Shown here piece by piece: positions 17,305 to 24,290 of a stretch of 32,000 bases of DNA. Source of the stretch: Aliivibrio fischeri ES114 (GTDB lineage: Bacteria > Pseudomonadota > Gammaproteobacteria > Enterobacterales > Vibrionaceae). A program made the position numbers and the translations under genes. Within the stretch, counting starts at the first letter, position 1, and each line of letters begins with the position of its first letter. A model generated the notes under the pieces. It was not told the origin of the DNA, ran no database searches, and saw nothing but the letters and a program-made list of their open reading frames with translations. The stretch lies in assembly GCF_000011805.1 (NCBI RefSeq), contig NC_006840.2. One strand, given 5' to 3'.

Positions 17305-17730
17305 TTACTTTTTAGCTAAAGCATTGGTCATAGCCAGTCCACACATCATAGCAAATAGGAATACAAACACATCGGTATTTCCTAAAGCAATACTTGAAAC
17401 GACCGGTCCAGGACAAATACCAGCAAGCCCCCAACCAAGACCAAAAATAGCAGCACCTGAAATCAATTTATTATCAATGCGCTTATTGGTAGATAGACAA
17501 AACTCTTTCGCATTTATCGGTTTTGTTTTTTGCTTAATAAATAAGAAGTAAGCAGGCATAAATACCAACAATGCCCCTCCCATTACAAACATTAAACTTG
17601 GATCCCATACTCCTGAAACATCCAAAAATCCAATCACTTTTTCAGGGTCAACCATTCCTGATGTTGTCATTCCAAGACCAAACAATCCACCAGAGAGTAA
17701 AGCAATAATTCGAAACATAAGATTATTCAT
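17305..17730 (-). CDS. small YeeE/YedE-related membrane protein (second subunit of a two-gene sulfur-compound transporter)
   Basis: 141 aa from the ATG at 17730, with AGGGAG 5 nt upstream. It has 4 hydrophobic helices and the motif GLGWGLAGICPGP. Confidence 0.75.
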   Translation of the reverse strand: MNNLMFRIIALLSGGLFGLGMTTSGMVDPEKVIGFLDVSGVWDPSLMFVMGGALLVFMPAYFLFIKQKTKPINAKEFCLSTNKRIDNKLISGAAIFGLGWGLAGICPGPVVSSIALGNTDVFVFLFAMMCGLAMTNALAKK

Positions 17731-17740
17731 GATCACTCCC

Positions 17741-18155
17741 TTAAAGAACGTGTAATCGGATAAAAACAGTTATTCCAGCCACTAGCATAAATACACAAGT
17801 AGCGACAATTGAGCGAACAGACAATCGTCCAATCCCGCAAATTCCATGTCCACTAGTACAGCCATTACCTAGGCGAGTACCAATACCAACCAGTAAACCA
17901 GCAATAATCAACAACGGTGTGTTGGTTGTATATTCAGTAGGAACATGTGCGCCAAAAAAATAAACACCTGCAACACCACCTGAAATCATGCCTAGAACAA
18001 ACAACCATCGCCAAGCATAGTCCTTTTTTTTTCGGCGTCATTAATCCTGTTAATACACCACTTATCCCAGCAATTTTTCCATTTAACAAAAGAAGCAGCG
18101 TAGCAGATACACCAAGAAGCATACCGCCAAATAAAGAGAGCCATGGAATCGTCAT
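17741..18155 (-). pseudogene. YeeE/YedE family membrane protein, split by a +1 frameshift in an A9 tract
   Basis: ORFs 17934-18155 and 17741-18004 are the N- and C-terminal halves of one protein of about 137 aa (...GISGVLTGLMTPKKK | DYAWRWLFVLGMISGG...[12 protein letters not shown]...). Removing one A from the A9 run (T9 at 18024-18032 on the plus strand) joins them in frame. Confidence 0.8.
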
Positions 18156-18316
18156 TTATCAACACCAGTTAGCTTGTTTTTTGAACATACAAGATAGATT
18201 ACGCAACAGTGAAAAATTAGTCAACACTTATTTAGTGTTGGCTAATTTAATTAATTCTTAAATAGCTTCAAAGGAAATAATGAACCTCGACACTCTGACC
18301 ATTATGAGGTAAGTTT

Positions 18317-18332
18317 AGAAGTATAGACGTAT
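18317..18332. promoter_or_regulatory. two tandem met-box-like octamers (candidate MetJ operator) upstream of metA
   Basis: AGAAGTAT and AGACGTAT match the met box AGACGTCT at 6/8 and 7/8 positions. They abut each other and end about 25 nt before the metA start. Confidence 0.4.
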
Positions 18333-18356
18333 GGAAACCCAAAACTTAAGGATAAG

Positions 18357-19301
18357 TTGTGCCGATCAAAATACCTGACCAACTCCCTGACAACTGAAGT
18401 ATTACGTGAAGAGAATATCTTTTTCATGCAGGAATCTCGTGCCACCACACAAGCGATTCGACCTCTTAAAGTCATTATTTTAAATTTAATGCCAAAAAAG
18501 ATTGAGACAGAAACTCAATTTTTACGCCTACTATCTAATAGCCCATTACAAGTGGATGTAGAGCTATTACGTATTGATAATCGCACTAGTAAAAATACAC
18601 CAACCGAGCATTTAGATACTTTTTATCGTCAGTTTGAAGGCATTAAAGATCGTAACTTTGATGGCCTAATCATAACAGGTGCACCACTAGGATTAGTGCA
18701 GTTTGAAGATGTTATTTATTGGGATCATCTACAAACCATCATGACATGGGCAAAAGATCACGTCACTTCTAGCTTATATGTATGCTGGGCAGCACAAGCT
18801 GGTTTAAAGCTACTTTATGATTTGCCAAAACGAACACGTAAAGAAAAGCTTTCTGGGGTTTATAAACATACTAACCTTAACCAACACCATCCTATTTTGC
18901 GTGGCTTTGATGATCAATTTTTAGCACCTCATTCTCGTTACGCTGATTTCTCTGCTGATTACTTAAAATCGCATACCGATTTAGATATTCTTGCTACCTC
19001 CAAAGAAGCCGGTGTCTATTTGGCTGCAACCAAAGATAAGCGAAATGTCTTTGTCACTGGTCATCCAGAATATGATTCATTCACATTACATAATGAATAC
19101 GTTAGAGACTTGGGGGAAGGAATGGAGCCAACGATTCCTGTTAATTACTATCCTGACGACAACCCAGATATCACGCCTAAAGCAACATGGCGTAGTCATG
19201 GCCACTTGCTCTTTTCTAATTGGCTCAACTACTGTGTTTACCAACAAACACCGTATGATCTTGAGCATTTCTCAGAGCAAAATTTCACAAGAGATGAGTA
19301 A
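18357..19301 (+). CDS. metA: homoserine O-succinyltransferase MetA; the N-terminal 10 conserved codons lie in a different frame (see findings)
   Basis: From [12 protein letters not shown] onward the protein aligns collinearly with E. coli MetA ([58 protein letters not shown]). The listed ORF depends on a TTG start. Confidence 0.85.
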   Translation: MCRSKYLTNSLTTEVLREENIFFMQESRATTQAIRPLKVIILNLMPKKIETETQFLRLLSNSPLQVDVELLRIDNRTSKNTPTEHLDTFYRQFEGIKDRNFDGLIITGAPLGLVQFEDVIYWDHLQTIMTWAKDHVTSSLYVCWAAQAGLKLLYDLPKRTRKEKLSGVYKHTNLNQHHPILRGFDDQFLAPHSRYADFSADYLKSHTDLDILATSKEAGVYLAATKDKRNVFVTGHPEYDSFTLHNEYVRDLGEGMEPTIPVNYYPDDNPDITPKATWRSHGHLLFSNWLNYCVYQQTPYDLEHFSEQNFTRDE

Positions 19302-19318
19302 CCTTAACTCATTTTGAT

Positions 19319-19350
19319 TAGCGGGTATTATTCTTCATAAATACCCGCTA
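19319..19350 (+). terminator. hairpin after metA (TAGCGGGTAT-N12-ATACCCGCTA); possible terminator
   Basis: 10-bp perfect stem but no U-tract. Confidence 0.4.
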
Positions 19351-19425
19351 TAAGCACAAAACCACCACCACAATCTGATAAATAGAGCACATTTTGTCCT
19401 TTTTTGATAAAAAATGAGCTTTGGT

Positions 19426-19439
19426 TTAATTCAGATCAA
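19426..19439. promoter_or_regulatory. FNR-like box TTAAT-TCAG-ATCAA upstream of the Dcu transporter gene
   Basis: 9/10 match to TTGAT-N4-ATCAA, centred about 133 nt upstream of the ATG at 19566. Confidence 0.45.
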
Positions 19440-19565
19440 CCCTGCATCTATTTATAAAATCAACAACAACCTAAATGAGAACAAGCTCAATAAAACCCTA
19501 TGAAATGCAAGGTATTAATAGCCTTAGTTGATTTTAATTATAATTGCGTTAACGCAGGTGGTTGT

Positions 19566-20798
19566 ATGTTGTATTTTGAATTTCTCTTTTTATTACTCGT
19601 TCTCTATATCGGTTCTCGATATGGAGGAATTGGATTAGGGGTTGTATCTGGTATTGGTTTGGTGATTGAAGTATTCATCTTCAAAATGCCACCGACCTCT
19701 CCGCCCGTTACGGTAATGCTGATCATCTTGGCGGTTGTTACCTGTGCTTCTATATTAGAAGCTGCCGGTGGTTTAAAGTACATGCTGCAAGTTGCTGAGC
19801 GGATTTTAAGAAAGAATCCAAAACGCGTCACCATCATTGCTCCATTTGTTACTTATGCGATGACATTCTTACTTGGTACGGGTCATGCTGTTTATTCAAT
19901 TATGCCTATCATTGGTGATGTTGCATTAAAGAATGGTATTCGTCCTGAGCGTCCTATGGCTGCCGCATCTGTTGCGTCTCAAATCGCAATTACTGCTTCA
20001 CCATTATCTGCCGCAGTTGTGTATTACCTAGCTCAACTGGTTGATATTGATGCTTCTATTACATTAATGTCGATTTTAATGGTTACTGTACCTGCAACGT
20101 TATTCGGTACTTTAATGCTGTCTCTTTATAGCTTACGTCGCGGTAAAGAATTGGAAGATGATGAAGAGTATCAAGCACGTTTACAAGATCCGGTTTGGCG
20201 TGAAAAAATCCTAAATACAACATCAACATCTCTTGATGAAGAGCTACCAACAACAGCTCGTAATGCTGTTCTGATCTTCTTAGGTGCCATCGTTTCTATC
20301 GTGATTATAGCGATGTGGCCAGAAGTGCGCACCATTACTGATGGCGGTGCACCAATCAAAATGTCTGTTGTAATTCAAATGATGATGTTGGCTTTTGGTG
20401 GTGTGATTTTACTTGCAACGAAAACCGATCCTCGTGATGTTCCAAATGGCGTTGTGTTTAAATCAGGAATGGTGGCGGCAATTGCTATTTTTGGTATCGC
20501 ATGGATGTCAGATACCTATTTCCAATATGCCATGCCTCAATTTAGAGCCGGTATTGTAGATATGGTAACGCTTCACCCTTGGACATTCGCTTTATCACTA
20601 TTTATTGTATCTGTTGTGGTTAACTCACAAGCGGCAACAGCTCGTATGATGCTACCAGTTGGTTTAGCTCTGGGTTTAGAGCCTGCACTGGTTATTGGTT
20701 TAATGCCAGCAGTATATGGATACTTCTTTATTCCTAACTACCCATCAGATATTGCAACCGTAAACTTTGATAGCTCGGGTACAACTAAAAAATGGTAA
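19566..20798 (+). CDS. dcuB: anaerobic C4-dicarboxylate transporter, DcuA/DcuB family (DcuB-like); C-terminus displaced by a +1 frameshift, true end probably 20895
   Basis: The start at MLYFEF (SD AGGTG) aligns with DcuB (GTGHAVYSIMPII, IRPERPMAAASVASQIAITASP). The ORF stops at GTTKKW*, whereas homologues continue for another 30-35 aa. That tail is present in the +1 frame. Confidence 0.85.
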   Translation: MLYFEFLFLLLVLYIGSRYGGIGLGVVSGIGLVIEVFIFKMPPTSPPVTVMLIILAVVTCASILEAAGGLKYMLQVAERILRKNPKRVTIIAPFVTYAMTFLLGTGHAVYSIMPIIGDVALKNGIRPERPMAAASVASQIAITASPLSAAVVYYLAQLVDIDASITLMSILMVTVPATLFGTLMLSLYSLRRGKELEDDEEYQARLQDPVWREKILNTTSTSLDEELPTTARNAVLIFLGAIVSIVIIAMWPEVRTITDGGAPIKMSVVIQMMMLAFGGVILLATKTDPRDVPNGVVFKSGMVAAIAIFGIAWMSDTYFQYAMPQFRAGIVDMVTLHPWTFALSLFIVSVVVNSQAATARMMLPVGLALGLEPALVIGLMPAVYGYFFIPNYPSDIATVNFDSSGTTKKW

Positions 20799-20911
20799 GT
20801 ACTACTTTAACCACTCATTCATGTCAGTCGGTTTAATCGGCGTGGTTTCAGCCTGTATTCTTGGCTATGTCTTAGGCCAAATTGTGATTGGTTAATTCCA
20901 CTAATCAATAC

Positions 20912-20954
20912 AAAAAAAGCCCATGCAAATACCATTGCATGGGCTTTTATTTTC
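20912..20954. terminator. bidirectional rho-independent terminator between the dcuB-like gene and nupC
   Basis: A7-GCCCATGCAA-ATACCA-TTGCATGGGC-TTTT. Confidence 0.85.
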
Positions 20955-20967
20955 AATAAACGATGTT

Positions 20968-22182
20968 TTACATTGCTAAGCTAAAGAATAAACCAGCTAA
21001 ACATGCACTCATTAAGTTAGCTAATGTACCCGCTAATACTGCTTTAAAGCCCATGTTTGCAACGTCAGCACGACGTTCTGGAGCCATCACACCAATAGAG
21101 CCTAATTGCACAGCGATTGAACTGATGTTTGCAAAACCACACAGTGCAAAAGTAATAATTACTTGGCTGTATGCTGATAACTGATCTTTATGTTGAACAA
21201 AGTCGATAAATGCAACGAATTCATTAAGAACCACTTTTTGGCCAATGTAAGAACCAGCCATTACCATTTCAGCTTTTGGAATACCAATAACCCATGCGAT
21301 TGGAGCAAATAAGTAACCAAATACGGTTTGCAGTGTAATGCCAGCAAAACCAAACCACTCAGCAACCATTTCTAATCCGCTGTTAAGCATTGCAATAACA
21401 CTCACAAAGGCAATCAACATCGTACCTACAGCAACCGCAATCTTCATACCATTCATTGCACCACTTGCAAGAGCATCAATTACGTTGCTTTGCTCACTTT
21501 TATCAATGGTCACATCATGTTGGTCAACAGGGGTTTCTTGCTCAGGAATTAAAATCTTAGCCATTAATAAGCTACCAGGAGCCGCCATAAAACTTGCAGC
21601 AATCAGATACTTAAGTTCCACACCTAAACCGGCATAACCACCCAGTACGCTACCAGCAACCGATGCCATACCACCAGCCATTACAGCGAACAGTTCAGAA
21701 CGAGTCATTTGAGCTAAGAATGGGCGAATAAGAAGAGGAGATTCACCTTGAGAAAGGAAGATGTTACCTGTTGCGACGAGAGATTCTACTTTGCTGGTGC
21801 CTAAGAATTTTTGAATTCCGCCACCAAGAACAGAAATCACTTTTTGCATAATACCTAGATAATATAGAGCGGAGATTAGAGCACTGAAGAAAATAATAAT
21901 AGGAAGGACGCGAATAGCAAAAATAAAACCAGAAGAAGCAAGATCACCAAAGAGGAATGCTATCCCTTCATCGGCAAAACCAAGTAAGCTAGAAACACCA
22001 CTACTTAATCCCGCTAACGCTTTTTGCCCCAAAGGAAAATACAATACTAAAGCAGCAAAAGAGAGTTGTAATAAAAAGGCTTTAAATACTAATTTCCAGT
22101 TAATTGCTGAACGCTTCTCTGAAAATACCCAAGCACAAAAAATCAGTGCGCACATGCCTAATAGGCTAAATAAAATATTCAT
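20968..22182 (-). CDS. nupC: NupC-family (CNT) nucleoside:cation symporter
   Basis: 404 aa and polytopic. CNT motifs are present (GNIFLSQGESPLLIRPF, ELFAVMAGGMASVAGSVLGGY, ALCGFANISSIAVQLG). Confidence 0.9.
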   Translation of the reverse strand: MNILFSLLGMCALIFCAWVFSEKRSAINWKLVFKAFLLQLSFAALVLYFPLGQKALAGLSSGVSSLLGFADEGIAFLFGDLASSGFIFAIRVLPIIIFFSALISALYYLGIMQKVISVLGGGIQKFLGTSKVESLVATGNIFLSQGESPLLIRPFLAQMTRSELFAVMAGGMASVAGSVLGGYAGLGVELKYLIAASFMAAPGSLLMAKILIPEQETPVDQHDVTIDKSEQSNVIDALASGAMNGMKIAVAVGTMLIAFVSVIAMLNSGLEMVAEWFGFAGITLQTVFGYLFAPIAWVIGIPKAEMVMAGSYIGQKVVLNEFVAFIDFVQHKDQLSAYSQVIITFALCGFANISSIAVQLGSIGVMAPERRADVANMGFKAVLAGTLANLMSACLAGLFFSLAM

Positions 22183-22190
22183 AATTATGC

Positions 22191-22304
22191 CTATGAGATT
22201 TTAGAATAAAATGAAGAAACAAAAGGAGCCGCCATCGTAGATGACGAGATCGGTGAAGAATGACTACACCAAGAGGAAGTTATAATAGAAATAAAGATAT
22301 TCAT
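22191..22304 (-). other. candidate 37-codon leader ORF in the nupC 5' region
   Basis: AAGGG lies 6 nt before the ATG. The peptide is MNIFISIITSSWCSHSSPISSSTMAAPFVSSFYSKIS and the ORF ends 8 nt before the nupC ATG. Coding status is unproven. Confidence 0.25.
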
Positions 22305-22429
22305 TGTTTACCCTTTACAAGCTGTTTAACAGTAGCTGGTCCTAATCCTTGGGGTCATTCACTGTATCCCTGTGACGGCTTGTATTGGGAGAAGGAGTAT
22401 ACATATAGATGATTTAAAATCACGAAATA

Positions 22430-22445
22430 TGTGACATAAATCACC
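22430..22445. promoter_or_regulatory. CRP-like site TGTGA-CATAAA-TCACC in the divergent nupC / membrane-protein control region
   Basis: 9/10 match to TGTGA-N6-TCACA. It lies about 255 nt upstream of nupC and about 130 nt upstream of the plus-strand gene. Confidence 0.5.
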
Positions 22446-22569
22446 AAATTTTACTTATTTGAAAAAACAGAAGCATCTATTTACTACAAACAAATAAATT
22501 ATTTTTCTCTACAGTATCCAAAAATACACATAATCAACTAAATTAATACAATAAGATAAAGGAAATATT

Positions 22570-23133
22570 ATGGCGAGTATTGATCATATCGAAAAACTGG
22601 ATGCGCTAGATAAGCTGAGTGTGGTGACATATCGTACAGGGATTACCCTTTTTGGTATCGCACTTATCCTTTTTAGTCTTGCGATAGCTGATGATATTGG
22701 ATTGATCATTATAGAAAACGTTCACTTAATGGATTTTTCATTAACTTTAATCGCAGTATCATCTGCGATGAGTGCGGCTAATCTTCATGTTTATGATAAA
22801 ACAGTAAGGCTGATTATTACTTGGGCTGCGTGGATAGGCTTAGTTTTACTCATCACTATTGATAGTGAACAACTAGTTTGGCTTCCTATTGGGTTTCTCT
22901 GTGTTTGCTTCTCAGGCATTGCTCTGAAAGAATCCTTTTGTTTTAAGGTTATTGGTCTAAAAGCCATCCCTTTTCTATTGTGCATATCCATTTTAATGTT
23001 GGCTATCGAAGTATGGTTAATCGCTATTATTTGCTTATTTCTATCTGGAATTATCTTCATTTTTCTTGCTATTCAAAAATGGAAAATGCCCCTTCATTTT
23101 GATATCGGCAACAAAGCAAATTACCAGATTTAA
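22570..23133 (+). CDS. uncharacterised integral membrane protein (about 6 TM helices)
   Basis: 187 aa, with AAGGA 7 nt upstream of the ATG. It has a short soluble N-terminus followed by six hydrophobic stretches. I cannot confidently name a motif. Confidence 0.6.
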   Translation: MASIDHIEKLDALDKLSVVTYRTGITLFGIALILFSLAIADDIGLIIIENVHLMDFSLTLIAVSSAMSAANLHVYDKTVRLIITWAAWIGLVLLITIDSEQLVWLPIGFLCVCFSGIALKESFCFKVIGLKAIPFLLCISILMLAIEVWLIAIICLFLSGIIFIFLAIQKWKMPLHFDIGNKANYQI

Positions 23134-23212
23134 TCTAACATTAACCATCGATTACCATACAAAGCGAAATTACGCCTCTCTCATTCATATCTAAAAGGTT
23201 TATATCAATAAA

Positions 23213-23239
23213 AAGAGCTCTAGATAAACTAGAGCTCTT
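23213..23239. terminator. bidirectional terminator between the membrane-protein gene and rpoS
   Basis: AAGAGCTCTAG-ATAAA-CTAGAGCTCTT, an 11-bp perfect stem with an A-run and T-run on either side. Confidence 0.8.
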
Positions 23240-23270
23240 TTACTAACTAAAACGGATATTAAAAAGTGAG

Positions 23271-24236
23271 TTAGTATTCTTCAACTGCAAATAATGTTTC
23301 CATATTCAAGCCTTGATTCGTCATGATCTCTCTTAAACGACGTAAGCCTTCTACTTGTATCTGTCTTACACGTTCACGAGTCAAACCAATTTCAATACCA
23401 ACTTGTTCTAATGTTGCAGCTTCATAACCAAGTAAACCAAAACGACGGGCAACAACTTCTTTTTGTTTAGGGTTTAATTGACCTAACCAGCCCACCAATG
23501 ACGTATTAATATCATCCTTTTGTGTTTCTGACTCTGGGTCACTATTTTTAGTATCAGGAAGGATATCTAATAACGCTTTATCTGATTCACCAGCCACCAT
23601 AGAGTCGACTGAAGCGACACGCTCATTTAAACGTAGCATTCGACTAACATCGCTCACTGGCTTATCGAGCTTTTCAGCTATTTCTTCTGGTGTTGGTTCA
23701 TGATCAAGCTTTTGAGAGAGTTCACGAGCTGCACGCAAATAAACGTTAAGCTCTTTTACAACATGAATAGGTAAACGAATGGTACGCGTTTGGTTCATAA
23801 TGGCACGTTCAATGGTTTGACGTATCCACCATGTGGCGTAAGTAGAGAATCGGAAGCCTCTTTCTGGATCAAACTTTTCAACGGCTCGGATCAGGCCAAG
23901 ATTTCCCTCTTCAACCAAATCCAATAAAGCAAGACCACGGTGATTATAACGACGAGCAATTTTCACAACCAATCGAAGGTTACTCTCAATCATTCGAGCT
24001 CGAGCGGCTTCATCACCTTTTAAGGCTAAGCGACTAAAATAAACTTCTTCTTCTGCTGTTAGTAGTGGAGAAAAGCCAATTTCACCAAGATACAGTTGCG
24101 TTGCATCCATAACTTTCTGTGAACTGCTTACTTCAAGACGTTCAGACTCTTCTTCAATACTGGTTAATTCAGCATCATTAATTGTGTCTAAATCGAACTC
24201 TTCAACTTCTTTAGTTACTGCATTGCTTTTACTCAT
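23271..24236 (-). CDS. rpoS: RNA polymerase sigma factor RpoS (sigma-38)
   Basis: 321 aa with sigma70-family regions 1.2-4 ([62 protein letters not shown]). It is downstream of nlpD, as in other gammaproteobacteria. SD GGGGAGG. Confidence 0.95.
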   Translation of the reverse strand: MSKSNAVTKEVEEFDLDTINDAELTSIEEESERLEVSSSQKVMDATQLYLGEIGFSPLLTAEEEVYFSRLALKGDEAARARMIESNLRLVVKIARRYNHRGLALLDLVEEGNLGLIRAVEKFDPERGFRFSTYATWWIRQTIERAIMNQTRTIRLPIHVVKELNVYLRAARELSQKLDHEPTPEEIAEKLDKPVSDVSRMLRLNERVASVDSMVAGESDKALLDILPDTKNSDPESETQKDDINTSLVGWLGQLNPKQKEVVARRFGLLGYEAATLEQVGIEIGLTRERVRQIQVEGLRRLREIMTNQGLNMETLFAVEEY

Positions 24237-24290
24237 AGCGCCTCCCCATGGCGAGCCAGCAAGACATTACAACTCAGCTATGTCATCCTT

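Noticed and set aside
17741-18155. Treating ORFs 17741-18004 and 17934-18155 as two separate small genes.
   Set aside because: They overlap out of frame. Together they make one collinear YeeE/YedE-type protein, and the junction sits in an A9 run. They are annotated as one frameshifted gene.
18991-19317. 108-aa alternative-frame ORF at the 3' end of metA, and the antisense ORF at 19086-19268.
   Set aside because: They are nested in metA, whose own frame is collinear with MetA homologues to its C-terminus. I see no sign of a second frameshift there.
19500-19565. N-terminal extension of the dcuB-like ORF in the track (MKCKVLIALVDFNYNCVNAGGC). Similar track extensions occur for the peroxidase (8080-8139), cadB (12937-12954) and surE (26694-26753).
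   Set aside because: Homologue N-termini and SD placement favour the internal starts, so the extensions are not supported.
22371-22424. Second CRP site that would make a CytR-type tandem arrangement upstream of nupC.
   Set aside because: Only a lone TGTGA half-site (22371-22375) and a site with N7 spacing (about 22408-22424) are present. Their distances from the good site (59 bp and 21 bp) do not fit the roughly 52-bp rule.
1-23270. Genomic island, prophage or defence-system interpretation of the non-housekeeping two thirds of the window.
   Set aside because: I found no integrase, transposase, tRNA attachment site, flanking direct repeats, CRISPR repeats, or nuclease/helicase/ATPase-type defence genes. 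Every sizeable ORF is a metabolic, transport or regulatory gene, or one of three unknowns already discussed.
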